Origin: Eledone cirrhosa
Lineage: Eukaryota
DNA: 64,000 nucleotides
Assembly: GCA_964016885.1 (NCBI GenBank)
Contig: OZ024744.1
Location: 115,010,001 to 115,074,000 of the forward strand
Direction of reading: 5' to 3'
Each line of letters begins with the position of its first letter. The first letter of the stretch is position 1. The position numbers and the translations under genes are program-made. Of this stretch, positions 47,601 to 61,188 are shown in pieces. The notes under the pieces are model-generated. The model saw only the letters and a program-made list of their open reading frames with translations, was not told the origin of the DNA and did not search any database.

Positions 47601-50300
47601 GTAGCCAACCGCTCTTGGCCAGAGAACGACTGGACATCTATCTATCTATCACCCAAAGATACAATGCAACAAAATAAGAGAAGGGCTCAAAGTTCAAATG
47701 TACAAAATATAGTTCACAGGTGTGCAATCACATGACAGCAGGAAAAAAAGTGTGTTCCAGAGAATGAATGCAGGTGGTTTCTGTTCTGTGGTATATCGTG
47801 AAATTTCCAACCTCCGAATGGATTTTCTCACAGGAAGAGTGCTGCAAAAATAAATTCTCTGGCTTTGGTTGTTGGTGAAGCTGTGTTGATGTTGTTGTTG
47901 CTGTTGCTGCTGCTGTTATATTGCTGTTGCTGTTGCTGTTGCTGCTGTATTGCTGTTGCTGCTGCTGCTGTTGCTGCTGTATTGCTGTTGCTGTTATATT
48001 GCTGTTGCTGTTGCTGTTATATTGCTGTTGGTGTTGCTGCTGCTGTTGCTGCTGTATTGCTGTTGCTGCTGCTGTTGCTGTTATATTGCTGTTGCTGCTG
48101 CTGTTGTTTCGCTGAGTGAGCGTATTCGGTGTTTAAATTCACAGTAAAAAAAATTTTTTCAGAAAAAATGAGTTGCGCAAAGTGCTAGAAATAGCAGCCG
48201 AAGTTGATGGTCGATGTTGAGAATGCGTTGACCTGGAAGGGTCAAGAGGCCAGCGACCAAAGAAATAAGCATTCTGAATAAATGCGCAGTTTTCAACGGC
48301 AAATTTACGTAGTAAATTTTTAAACCGGCAAATAGGAGAATATAGCTTAAGGCTGAAGAATCCTTGGCGAGAAACGTTATCTCTGGCGTGCGGCTATCTC
48401 TGTGAGTCGAGAATTTGTGCTGCCTACACGTGCCAATACAAGGTTGAAAAAATAATATTTCTAACGCGCGAGAAAATGATAGTGCAAGTGTGAAAGTGAC
48501 AATGATGAAAAAGAAAGGCTTCACTCAGCATAATTATTGGTGTGAACTTTGGAAAAAAAACTTGAACGATGAAGAAAACGATGAAAAAAAAAGGCAATGG
48601 TTCATCGAAAATAAATATTCCTGTTGAAATGTTTTTTAAAGAATATCAAATTTCCTTTTTTTTTTTTTTTTTTTTTGAAAGTGTTCGTTGTAAGAAACGA
48701 GAAACATGTATATATCGTGAAATGCGACAGTTAGTTGATGCGTGAGAGAAAAAGTCTGTCTGAACGCGAATTCCACATGTGCGTGTGCGTTTCCTTGAGT
48801 ATTTTCATAGTTTGTCGATAAATTTGCTGTGTATTCGTAATGTTACTCACACAACGCCAGATCTGCTATCTTTTTCTTTTTTCGGGGTGACCACTTATAG
48901 CGATGAACGGCTGCGTGTTCGTATCACGTCAGGGTTACCAATATAGAGAAGATACTGGGTTGCATGAATGTAACAAGGAATACATTGTTTGTGTAGATAA
49001 TATTTAATTAACAATGGTAGACAGTATAGTTGACATGTCAAAGAAATAGATGAAAGAATGAAACAAAGTTAGTCGTTACCGTTTTGATTGCCAGGCAAAC
49101 GCGGCTGGCAGAAGACGCCTGGCTAAGGCCAGGCGCCGGAAGGCAAATGAGAGGCTCTTGGCCTGGTGCCGAAAGGGCAATGAGAGGCAGAGAGATAAGA
49201 GCTATTCGTTTTATAGGGTCTGCCGGAAGCTACAGAAAGGGTTCTACTTCCCGTCTAGATGTTAATCCAAACAAGGGAGACAACCGCTACACTCTGTTCT
49301 CATACCGCCTAATCTTTGTGCTTTTTGCTACAATGTGTTGCTTCAGTTCCTCTATGATAATATTTAGCTCTTTTCCCTTAGTGTTGTACTTTATTTCCAA
49401 TCTATCTTTTGTGTCTATGTTTTGTAATGTCCCATTCAGTAAAGATTTAAGCTTTCCAATGTCTTTTCTCATTTCCCTGATTTGACCATTCAGTCATTTC
49501 TTCCACCAAGGTTCTGATCTTTCTTGTTTGTTGTTTCCTCTCGTTTTTATACAAAGTAATTTGCTCACCGCATTTGCAGTTGCTTTGAGGATATTATTGC
49601 ATTGGTGAAGGTCCCTTGCCTCAAGGTGTGGGATGACTTTGTTTACCTTAGCTGTTGTTTCTTTTAACTTTTTTCCTGTCTACAAATTTTAGGTTCATAG
49701 GTTTCCCACTATCACTGTTCATTTCCTCAATGACCGTATCTTTGTTACAGATGTTATTTATTTCAGCATTCAGATCATTGTCTGCTTCGGATGCTTCCTC
49801 AGGTCTCTCCACCTCTTCACCTTCATTTCCCACTGGGTCGTTTGCCTGATATACTCCACTCTCCATTTCCAACTTAATCTCTCTGCTCAGTTCCTCCAGT
49901 TCCAACTCACTTATCCATCCATTAGTTCTTATTACACGAGCTTGACCAGTCAATTTTTGTTCACCTAATTTAAATAGACCAATCTCATTGCAGATGTTAT
50001 GTATCCGTTTCCTATAGCCTTTTTCCTTGGGGTTACTCTTCAGGTACATTTCATAACAGTTCTATTCAATTCTTTCGTCCAGTTGGTTCTTGTCCCTTTC
50101 CTTCTTCTTCCTCCAACACCAGCAGTATTTGGATGACAGCCAGGTCCCTGCTGCTGGGCCAGGGAGCACTTGCTGGGTGAGAGTCTTTCACATGACGTTC
50201 CAGTCTCCTTTTCACCATTATTCAAACTGTTTAGGTTTGATATTTAAACACTCATATCGAGGTTTAGTGAATTTAAGGTTGCACCAACACCAATGTTTTT
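44690..50300 (-). mobile_element. R4/Dong-like restriction-like-endonuclease LINE, degenerate, interrupted by an LTR element
   Basis: KSPGPD, WIDYKKAFD, RGIFQGDSLSP, HLLFMDDLKL (RT); AAQEQ..CRIC..HIVSEC..RH (CCHC); WDF..HNRPDLVV..IVDVACP (RLE); N-terminal WTKELN segment. Confidence 0.88.
47123..49291 (-). mobile_element. Non-autonomous LTR retroelement: 350-bp LTRs (47123-47472, 48942-49291), 4-bp TSD ctct, tRNA-Trp PBS, PPT
   Basis: Only two LTR differences seen. ctct at 47119-22 and 49292-95; removing the element restores the host LINE frame RRYENRV-CQYRQN. Minus-strand PBS tggtaaccctgacgtgat; PPT ggcgggagg; no gag/pol motifs recognised inside. Confidence 0.92.
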
Positions 50301-50430
50301 AGTGTGACACCATCACGTTAAAAAAGAAAAAATTTAGTTTCGGGGCAATTTATGTGATATTTATCTATCATTTTTCTTGTGTTGTTTTTAATGTTTTCTT
50401 AATGTGAATCCTGTTTATAAATCATTATCA

Positions 50431-50625
50431 GTGGATTGGCAGTATCGGTAGAGAGTCGGACGCTATGCTTTCCAGCATAGTTACGTCCCTTTACGATCTG
50501 AGTTCAAATCCCGCTGAGGTTAACTTTGCCTTTCATCCTTACGGGGTTGATAAAATAAAGTACCAGTAATGTACTGGGTATTTGCTGGCCTTGTGCCTAA
50601 AGTAGCAACAAGTATTATTATTATT
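50431..50625 (+). mobile_element. SINE family A abutting the exon 5 acceptor
   Basis: Same consensus as 34820-35016. Confidence 0.88.
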
Positions 50626-50642
50626 TTTAATCTACATTGTAG

Positions 50643-50724
50643 AAATTGAGAAGAAACTACAGAGTTGTGAAGGACTGAACGACCAAAGTATTGTTGAAGC
50701 TAATCTATACAAGGACCAGCTCAA
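50643..50724 (+). CDS. LEKR1: LEKR1-like exon 5
   Basis: ttgtag|aa att gag ... ctc aa|gtaaga; 82 nt, phase 1-2, EIEKKLQSCEGLNDQSIVEANLYKDQL. Confidence 0.72.
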
Positions 50725-50849
50725 GTAAGATACACGGGGGTTTTTTTTTGGGGGGGGGGGTCCAGGTTTTATTGTCAAAGAAAGGAAACAGAAAACCAAT
50801 TCAGTTGAACCAGTTCTGTTATAGAACCGTCTCAACCAAAATAACAAGC

Positions 50850-51200
50850 AATACCACACACACATGCATATACACATTTACACATACATTCATATACATG
50901 CACACTTACACACACACATGCATATATACACACATGCTTATATATACACACATATACACATACACATATACACACACACACAAACACACACATATACACA
51001 CAGACAAACACACACATATACACACACACATACATCCAAACACACACACATACGCACATATACACACTCACACATACACAGACACACATGCACATATAGA
51101 CACTTGCATACACATACACATACATACACACACATAGACACACACTTACATATCCACACACATCCACACATACACACACACACATATACACATTCATACA
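50850..51200. repeat. (CA/TA)n low-complexity tract
   Basis: Direct reading. Confidence 0.9.
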
Positions 51201-51204
51201 AGGA

Positions 51205-53232
51205 TAGATAAGCTGTCAGTAAAGTGAGAGTAGAAAATGAGTTTAGTGAGGAATTCAAGGTACAGGTAGGAGTTCATCAAGATTCAGTTCTTAGCCCGCT
51301 GCTGTTTATTATAGTTCTTCATGTCATAAGAGAGGAGTTTAAGACTGACTTTCCATGGGAACTCCTCTAGATCTGGTTCTTATAGCTGAATCTATAAAAG
51401 AATTATAGAATAAGTTCCGATTATGGAAACAGAATTTAGAATCAAAATATCTGAGAATAAACTAAGCCAAAATTAAAGTGCTGGTTAGTAGGAGAGAAGA
51501 TGTGATCCTGATTCCTTCATGGAAGTGGCCCTGCTTGATGTGTAGAAAGGGAGCAGGCATAAACTCCATACTATGTACACAATGTAAAACATGGGTTCAC
51601 AAAAGATGTAGTGGGATAACAAGTAGACTAACAGGAAGGGAAGACTTTGTATGTAGAAGATGCACAGGCATAACTGATGGGGAAATGATTTAAACCTTAC
51701 CAAATCCCAGGATCTATAGAAGTGGTTGATAATTTCTGCTACTTAGGTGATCTAATTATCAATGGAAGAGGTGCCCTGAGAGTACAAGAATAAGGAGCTG
51801 GAATAAGGATAAGATGGAAAATGTTCAGAGAGCAGCTCCCACTGACTACAAAAGATTTCTCCTTATGTACAAAAGGACGACTGTATGACACCTGTGTGAG
51901 AAGTGTGAGGCTGCATGGAAGTGAAACATGGCCTGTGACTGTGGAGGACATGTGGTGCCACATGGTAGTGAAACATGGCCTGTGTCTGTGGGGACATGTG
52001 GTGCTACATGGTAGTGAAACATGACCTGTGACTGTGGAGGACATGTCGTGCTACATGGTAGTGAAACATGGGCTGTGACTGTGGGGGACATGTGGTGCCA
52101 CATGGTAGTGAAACATGGCCTGTGACTGTGGAGGACATGTCGTGCTACATGGTAGTGAAACATGGGCTGTGACTGTGGGGGACATGTGGTGCCACATGGT
52201 AGTGAAACATGACCTGTGACTGTGGAGGACATGTCGTGCTACATGGTAGTGAAACATGGGCTGTGACTGTGGGGGACATGTGGTGCTACATGGTAGTGAA
52301 ACATGGGCTGTGACTGTGGAGGACATATGGTGCTACATGGTAGTGAAACATGGACTGTGACTGTGGAGGACATATGGTGCTACATGGTAGTCAAACATGG
52401 ACTGTGACTGTGGAGGACATGTGGTGCTACATGGTAGTGAAACATGGACTGTGACTGTGGATGACATGTCGTGCTACATGGTATTGAAACATGGCCTGTG
52501 ACTGTGGGGTACATGTGGTGTTACATGGTAGTGAAACATGGACTGTGACTGTGGAGGACATGTCGTGCTACATGGTAGTGAAATATGGGCTGTGGAGGAC
52601 ATGTGGTGCTACATGGTAGTGAAAATATGGACGTTGACTGTGGAGGACATGTGGTGCCACATGGTAGTGGAATATGGGCATTGGAGGACATGTGGTGCTA
52701 CATGGTAGTGAAACATAGACTGTGACTGTGGAGGACATGTGGTGCTACATGGTAGTGGAATATGGGCTGTGGAGGACATGTGGTGCTACATGGTTGCGAA
52801 ACATGGGATGTGACTGTGGAGGACATGTGGTGCTACATGGTTGCGAAACATGGGCTGTAACTATGGAGGACATGTGTAGACTGGAGAGAAATGAAGCAAC
52901 CATGCTCCGTTGGATATTTAATGTAAATGTGAGAGAGAGGCAGAACTGGGACAAGTTGAGGGAGAAGCTGGGTTTATGAGGAATCGGAGGTGGTGTGTAA
53001 GAGAGAAGACTGCTTTGATATGGATATGAGGTGTGTATGGATGGTGATTGTTGGGTGAAGAAGTGTCAGGAAATGCCAGTGGAAGGTAGCTACAGAAGAG
53101 GTAGACCAAGAAAGACCTGGTTGGAAATGGTGAGAACTGACCCCAAATCACTGAGAAACACAGAGGAGATGATGGATGAACACAGCATGTGGAGAAATGC
53201 TGTGGCAAAGCAAACAAAAAAATGATGATGAT
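51205..53232 (+). mobile_element. RTE 3' half with an internal 47-bp tandem expansion (51915-52875, ~20 units)
   Basis: RT and C-terminal motifs on both sides. The unit catggtagtgaaacatgggctgtgactgtggaggacatgtggtgcta is the LHGSETWAVTVEDM coding segment. Confidence 0.9.
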
Positions 53233-53287
53233 ATATATATATATCAATAATATTAATAAATGGAAACTATCTTTATAAAACCATATT

Positions 53288-53348
53288 TATTTTATTATAT
53301 ATATTTCAAAGGTACCAAAGTTTTGGTACGCTCTCATCAGATAAAATA
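53288..53348 (-). ncRNA. Minimal type I hammerhead motif in (TA)n-flanked element 53245-53397 (core-mutated relatives at 25811-25880 and 61496-61560, + strand)
   Basis: Reverse complement: tattttat-CTGATGA-gagcgtaccaaa-ac-tttggtaccttt-GAAAT-atat-ATA-ataaaata. Relatives read CAGATGA and CTCATGA. Confidence 0.75.
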
Positions 53349-53639
53349 CAAAAGTTGGTTTACAGATAGTGACATGTTCAGACAAGAACTTAATGTTATA
53401 TATATATATCATCATCATTTAACATGTTTTCCCTGCTAGCAAGGTCAGAGGCCAGTAGGATTACTGACCTCTCAGATGTACTGGGTACGTTTATCATATA
53501 GGTCCCCAACACAAGGGAGTTGTTATGCTCCTAACACAACTGAAGTGTCTCCTTGGCCCTCTCTTTTGACATAGTTTCTATAGCAAAGTACGCTTCTTAT
53601 TGCACCTCACATGAACAATGTCAAACTGTATTTTTGTAG

Positions 53640-53717
53640 GAACATGAAGACAATGGTTGAAGAATTGAATTGTCAATTGAGAAAGAAAGAACAACACACA
53701 GAGAGTCTGCTTCAGAA
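53640..53717 (+). CDS. LEKR1: LEKR1-like exon 6
   Basis: tttttgtag|g aac atg ... cag aa|gtaagt; 78 nt, phase 2-2, NMKTMVEELNCQLRKKEQHTESLLQ. Confidence 0.75.
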
Positions 53718-53848
53718 GTAAGTATGGTTATATAGTTGCTGACACCACCCCCAGTTCCCACCCCATGTTAGGCTGTGGTTGGGAGTTCCACCATTTAATT
53801 TGAAACAACCACCAATATCAGATTTTAAATATTTTATTTATGATGTTT

Positions 53849-53897
<49 letters not shown>

Positions 53898-54004
53898 CTA
53901 TAAGAGTGAGACACAGTCACCCAACCAAACTGGCCTCAAATAGGACAAACCCATCTAACCCATGCTAGCATGAAGATAGACGTTATGTGATAATGATAAT
54001 GATA

Positions 54005-54453
54005 TCATCATTTCATTTTACGTCCGCTTTTCTCTGCTATCAAGGGTGGGACGAGAACTGATTCTGGCTTGATTTCTACAGCTGGATGCCCTTCCTAACA
54101 CCAACCTCATTTACAGTGAGTGCTGGGTGCTTTTTTTCCGTGGCACCTACATGACCACTTTGCAGTGGAATCATATGGACCCCAGTCCCTATCATCTCAT
54201 TTCTACAGCTGAGTAAACTGGAGCAATATGAAATAAAGTGTCTTGCTCAAGGAAACAACACATCACCCGGTCTGAGAATTGAGCTCACAACCTTTCGATT
54301 GCAAGGCCAATGCTCTAACCATTAGCCATGTGCCTCACTGTAAATGAGGTTGGTGTTAGGAAGGGCATCCAGCTGTAGAAATCAAGCCAGTATCAGTTCC
54401 CGTCCCACCCTTGCAAGCAGGGAAAAGTGGACGTAAAATGATGATGATGATGA
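54005..54453. mobile_element. SINE family B (-) with an inverted duplicate of its 3' tail (+, 54336-54453)
   Basis: 54336-54445 is the reverse complement of ~54010-54118. Confidence 0.85.
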
Positions 54454-54740
54454 TATATATTTCACTCCGGTGGTACGAAGCCTGACACAGATTTCTGATT
54501 TCTGAAAGGCTACATGTATTCCTAAAAACCTTCAGCCTGTCTCCAGTTCATTCATAGATATTATTACTCCTCAATTTCAAAATGTCCTGTTCACATTGTT
54601 TATTTTTATTGTTGTTATTCTTAAATCTCCTATGATGATATACATGTGCTGGCTGCCTATCTTACAACCCGCCCCCACTCACCACCATAGGCTATTCGAC
54701 CAATCAAACCTCAACCCATTATCAGCCCCAACAAACACTG

Positions 54741-54787
<47 letters not shown>

Positions 54788-54856
54788 GCACTCCTAGCCC
54801 GTACCAGTCCCACCAAACTCTGCCATTACTACTACTGTCCTTCTAGCCCTGCACTA

Positions 54857-55043
54857 AATAATAATTGTTTGTACTTTTTGGCACAAGGCCAGCAATTACC
54901 CAGTACATTACTGGTGCTTTATTTTATCGACCCCGTAAGGATGAAAGGCAAAGTTAACCTCGGCGGGATTTGAACTCAGAATGGCAAGGGTCGTAACTCT
55001 ATGCGTCAAAGCATGGCGTCCGACCCTCTACCGATACTGCCAA
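54857..55043 (-). mobile_element. SINE family A
   Basis: Same consensus. Confidence 0.88.
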
Positions 55044-55059
55044 ATTCCTGTACTAATAT

Positions 55060-58000
55060 CTATGGATGAACTGGGGATAAATGAAACAACCCTGAATTAA
55101 TAAATGCACCCATGCAAAGCTTTAATCCAGAGACAGGGAGCATACCCCCCCCCCCCCCCTGCAAACATTCACTCTGTCCTACGAGTGATGGCAAATGTCC
55201 AAAACTCCGAGTTGGTACCATCAATGTAAGCACAATGAAAGGAAGAGCAGGAGAAATCGTAGAAATGCTAGAGCGAAAGGAAATTGATGTATGCTGTGTG
55301 CAAGAGACTAGATGGAGAGGAGGGTCTGCTAGAGTCTTTGTAGGTAAAAGTCAGTGCTACAAATTTTTCTGGGTGGGAAATGACGATGGGATGGGTGGTG
55401 TAGGTATCCTACTAGCTGACAAGTGGGTAGATAAGGTAATCTCAGTGAACAGGGTGAGTGCAAGAATCATTAAACTCAGACTAGTCCTGAATAAAACAAC
55501 TGCCACAATATCAGCTTATGCACCTCAATCAGGGTTGCCAGATGAACTTAAGGATAGGTTTTATGAGTCCCTAATGCACACTACTGCCCTAACAAACGAC
55601 AATGACTCTCTAATCATTGCAGGAGATTTTAATGGACACGTTGGTAAACACTGTGACGGCTTCTATAGAGTCCATGGAGGCCATGGAGTTGGCACAAGAA
55701 ATGAAGAAGGCTTCAGGCTTCTAGAATTCTGCGACGCCAATGACATGTCGATATGTAACACAAACTTCAAAAAACCCGACAACCACCTGATCACCTATAG
55801 ATCAGGGGAGCATTCTAGTCAGATAGATTTTATCCTCATCAGAGGGCGTGATAGATGGACGGTTGTAAACACAAAAGCCTTCTCTAGAGAGGAATGTACC
55901 TCCCAACATAGCCTAGTTGTCAGCGACCTCACTGTCAGAACTAGACGAACCTGGAAACAGAAGGCAACCCGGAGAAGAAAGATCTGGAAGCTGAAAGACC
56001 CCTCAGCCAGTAACAGATTTAAAGGTATCTTACTTGACCCCTATTACAGTAAAGAAGAACAGATAGATACATTCAATGTAGAAGAGCACTGGGAGTTCCT
56101 AAAAAAATAACTTACTAAAGGCGACGGACGAGATTTGTGGCTGGAACAAGACCACAGGCAGGAGGGGAGTGACTTGGTGGTGGAACAATAAGGTAGATGA
56201 GGCAGTTAAGGCCAAGAAACAGGCATGGAAAGAATGGAAGAACGGGCTAAGCAGAGTGCATTACATAGAGACCAGGAGGGAAGCTAGGCGACAAGTATAC
56301 TTAGCTAGGAGGGAAGCGGAGGATAGAAAATTCAAGCATCTTTTGCAATATGAGGACCAGAAACAGGAGGTGTTCAAGATTGTGAGGCAGTGTGTCAGAG
56401 AGAGTTGTGATGTCATTGGAGAGAAGTGTATCCGGAATGATAAAGGTGAGCTTGACCTCACAAGTGCTGAGAAGAAAGCTGCGTGGAAGAGCCATTATGA
56501 AAGATTACTAAATGTGGAGAATGCATGTGAAGAGATCCTACCCCAAGTAGACCCTACAGAGGGGCCAGCAGTACAAGTCAGCAGCAGTGTAGTAAGTAAG
56601 ACAATCAAAGATATGAAGTCAGGGAAGGCAACCGGTCCATCGGGTATAGCTGCCGAAATGCTGAAGGCATCTGGGTCGGTAGGTCACACAATAACCACAC
56701 AAATTGTTAACCAAATAATACTAGAGGGATCACATCAAAGGATTGGTGCAGCAGCATCATTGTCAACTGCTACAAGGGTAAAGGTGATGCACTAGATAGA
56801 GAAAACTATAGAGGTATAAAGCTGATACACCAAGTCATGAAAGTAACAGAAAGAGTTATAGCACAGTTGATTAGGGACCAGGTGAAACTAGATGAGATGT
56901 AATTTGGGTTTGTACCAGGAAAAGGCACCACTGATGCCCTCTTCCTTGTGAGGCAGTTGCAAGAAAAGTACCTAGCTAAAAGTAAGCCGCTCTACCTGGC
57001 ATTCGTCGATCTGGAAAAAGCCTTTGACAGAGTTCCATGTGCTATAATCTGGTGGGCTCTTAGAAAACTAGCAGTAGATGAATGGCTTGTGAAAGCGGTA
57101 CAAGCCATGTATAGAGGAGCAGTCAGCAAAGTTAGAGTTTGGAATAAGTATAGCGAGGAATTTAGCATACAGGTCGGTGTCCACCAGGGCTCTGTTCTTA
57201 GCCCTCTCCTGTTTATTATAGTATTGCAGGCAATAACGGAAGAGTTTAAGACTGGATGCCTATGGGAACTCCTGTATGCAGATGACCTCGCATTTATAGC
57301 TGAATCCATGGTGGGACTAGAGAAGAAATTCCAAACATGGAAGCAGGGACTAGAAAGAAAGGGTCCCAAAGTCAGCCTGACAAAGAATAAGGTCCTTGTA
57401 AGTAGATGAGAAAACAGAACCCATATTCCTTCAGGGAAATGGCCTTGCAAACAATGGGTACACAAGATATGTAGTGGGATCTCAGAAGTTTAACTAAGAA
57501 TGTAGGCTTCACATGTAGCAGCTGCACTGCAACAGCAAGCAGCAAACAGCCACAAGAACAAGTACCACCAATCTCTGGGAGGGCTCTGTAGAAACAGTAG
57601 ACAGCTTCTGCTACCTAGGTGACTGAATTAGCAGCGGAGGTGGGTGTTCAGAAAGTACAGTAACTAGGGTAAGAACGGGATGGAAGAGGTTCAGGGAGCT
57701 ACTGCCATATGCTAGCTGCAAAAGGCTTTTCCCTCGAAATGAAAGGCAGACTGTATGATGCGTGTATACAAACAGCAATGTTACATGGTTGTGAGATCTG
57801 GGCATTGTGTGTAGAAGATTTGAAAGAAATGAAGCCTACATGCTGCGATGGATGTGTACTAGTAATATACGGCAAAGCATAAACGAATTGAGAGAGAGAC
57901 TGAGCATAAGAGGAATCAAATGCTGTGTGCAGGAGAGGAGGTTATATTGATATGGTCATGTGATGTGTATGAAGGATGACAGCTGCATAAAAAGGTGCAG

Positions 58001-58485
58001 AACACTAGAAGTCAATGGAAGCCTTAGAGTGGGGAGACCCAAGAAGACCTAGGATGAGGTGGTAAAAGCCGACCTGACCCAATTGCACCTCTCAAAGGCG
58101 ATGACACACGACCGTGACCTCTAGCGTCACGCAATAATACAGAAGACCCCACTTCACACGGGTACAAGCCGAACCATATAACAATATGCCCCAGCCCAAC
58201 CCACCCTCCCATTCACCCCATGAGGACAGGCCGAAGTAAATTCATCCAGTGAAGCCCCCAGTCCACACTGTAAAGTAGTCATGTAGGTGTCATGGTAAAA
58301 AGCACCCAGCACTCACTGTAAATTGAAGTTGACATTAGGAAGGGCATCCTGCTGTAGAAAACAAGCCAGAAACAGTTCTGTATGAGCAAGACCTGGTAAC
58401 CTGATCTGGCATTGCCCACAACAGGACAACCTATCTAAGCCATGCTAGCGTGGAAAATGGACGTATGACAGAGGTGTTGATGATA
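55060..58485 (+). mobile_element. Near full-length degenerate RTE LINE
   Basis: ORFs 55112-56110 (APE), 56169-56795 and 56948-57409 (RT: DLEKAFDRV, GVHQGSVLSP, LYADD), plus C-terminus and 3'UTR. Confidence 0.93.
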
Positions 58486-59304
58486 TATGTATATACACAC
58501 AAAGGTGTATATATATAGACCATGTGTGTGCTTATATATATTTGGTTCCACAAAACTTCCACTGTAAAGTGGTCATGTAGGTGTCACGACAAAAAGCACC
58601 CAGTACACACTATAAATGTGGTTGGCGTTAGGAAGGGCATCCAGCTGTAGAAAACCAGCCAGAAACAGTCATATATGAGCGAGACACAGTCACCTGACCC
58701 AACTTGCCTCTAAATGGGACAAACCCGTCTAAACCATGCTAGTGTGGAAGATGGATATTAAACGATGATGATGATTATGATACAAGTAAATAGATCGAAA
58801 AATTATCTTTCTAATAATATTTATTTCCTTACATATGTTTCAAGGGAGTTTTATATCCAATTATGTGAAATATTATGAAACAATTCACATAATCAATATC
58901 TATATACAGACATTGATATATAATGTCTTTAAAAAATGTGAATGCTTCTCATACGTGAGGCAGAGGGGGGGGGGGGGGGGGGGTGAAGCTACGAAACGAT
59001 CCATTTGTACAGCGTAAATATTGAAATTTAATGGTTTTTCTGTTACATTCACAACGTTATTTTTCTAGCTTTAAAAAATAAAATGTTTTTATTCAAAAAC
59101 TTACAAATCTTATTTTACTTCGAATAAAGGGAAATAATTCAGAAATTTATCTCATTTTGGTGGGTGTTAAAATAAAACAGTTTAAAATGATAAGCATTTA
59201 TCCCCTTATAAATATAAGTATATATAGGGTTACATTTATATACACGCAGAAATACATACACTTATATAGGCTTATTGACACACCTACATATGTGTACACA
59301 TATA

Positions 59305-60042
59305 TATCATCATCATCATCATCATTTTACGTCTGCTTCTCCCTGCTTGCAAGGGTGGGACAGGTCCTTTTCAGCACAGCATTTCTCCATTCGTCCTGAT
59401 CCTTTGTCATCCCCTCTGTGAGTTTCAGTGATCTGAGGTCAGCTCTCACCACCTCCGCCCATGTTTTTCATGGTCTTCATCTACTGTGTCTTCCTTCTAC
59501 TGGGATTTCATGGCACTTCTTTACCCAACTGTCATCCACCATGCACATCACATGTCCATACCATCTCAGCCTTCTCTCCTGCACACCACAACTTATCCCT
59601 CTTAAACACAGTTTCTTTCTCAACTCGTCTATGCTTGGTCGTTCACGCACATTGACATTGCACATCCAACGGAGCATGCTTGCTTCATTTCTCTCCAGCT
59701 ATCGCATATCCTCCGCAGTTGCTGCACATGTCTCACTACCATGCAGCATCGCGCATCTCACACAGGCATCAGATAACCGACCTTTCGTACGCAGGGAGAA
59801 ACCCTTCGTTGTCAACAGAGGAAGCAGCTCCCTAAACTTCTACCATCCTGTCCTTATTCTAGATACTATGGCCACGGAGCACCATCCTCCCTTGCTAATC
59901 TGATCACCTAGGTATCGGAAGCTATCAACCACTTCTATAGAACCTACCTGCATTGGAAAAATGTGCCTATTACTGACACTTCTATCAAATTTCCTTGAAC
60001 ATCTACCACATGTGAAGTCTTCCTTTCCTGTTAGTTTGCCTG
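59305..60042 (-). mobile_element. RTE 3' fragment
   Basis: FRYLGD, RRLRWYGHV motifs and the shared tail with (GAT)n. Confidence 0.9.
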
Positions 60043-60912
60043 AAAAACAAAGGAGAAGGGGTAAGAAGACAGACTGACCTGAGGATGCCAAGCCAGTCAG
60101 GCGTGCACTCACGGCATTAAAATAGATTTAATCCTATACAACTATCTTTCATTTATAGAAATGGCAAACTTCAATTCAAAGAGATAAGAAAAAAACTATA
60201 AAAGACTATAATTTCAGTGTGTAAGAATCGGGCCTGTTTAGCCGCCCCTCTCCCGCCACTATGAGAATTTAACTATGTACACGACACCCCAGATCATTGA
60301 TCACTCCCAGTGACAGACAAGAAAAACTACAACCTTTTACGATTTATTGCTTAGATTTTTTTTGATTTTTTTTTTTTGCTTTGACTGCATGTCCATATAT
60401 GGACTGTACTCTTGATTAGTTCAGCTAAATTCCTGCTGTTCTAATACTGGTGGCTTAGTTTGGATCTAGCTGTCGAAACAGCCGGACCTCAGCCGTCGGG
60501 GTCCAGAATTTTGTCCTATATATCATCATCATCATCATCATCATCAGGTTTAGCGTCCGTGTTCCACGCTTGCATGGGTTTGGACGGGGGTAGTCCCACT
60601 TGAGGCAAGAGTGGTTGTCTTGCTCGTATAGGACTGTCTGGCGGGTTTTCTACAGTTGGATGCCCTTCCTAACACCAACCACATTTACAGTGTGGGTCTG
60701 GGAGGTTTTTACCGTGTTGCCTACACGGCCACCTTACAGCGTGGACTGTGTGTTTTTTTGTCGTGACACCTACACGATCTCATTTGTTTCGGCCTCGATG
60801 GCGCGGCACCAACATAACTTTACATTGAAAGGGGCGGTGTGGATGGGGTGGGGGTGGTGGGACGGGGGTGTATTTTGTTAGAGGTGCCTACTGACTGTAG
60901 TAGGTTTTTACT

Positions 60913-60943
<31 letters not shown>

Positions 60944-61188
60944 ATAATGGGAGGGGTGGACGCTTATCTCTGGGATTAAGGTGTGGGGGAGAAGGGAGGG
61001 GTGACCACGTCAACAACAAAAACCACCAATCCAGCGTAGTTTATATGTTGGTCATTTCCCAATATTCAGTCAGCTGTCACATACTTCAGTAGACTGTGGG
61101 GCAAGGAGTTGATGGGGGTTGGGGGTTACAATAACAACTGCAGATTTAACAACAATAATATATGACATTACAACAATGTTTTCTGCAG

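Noticed and set aside
47265-49485. Duplicated ORF MIARQTRLAEDAW... and Cys/Leu-rich ORFs at 47865-48147
   Set aside because: The first is a chance ORF within the two LTRs; the others are microsatellite translations.
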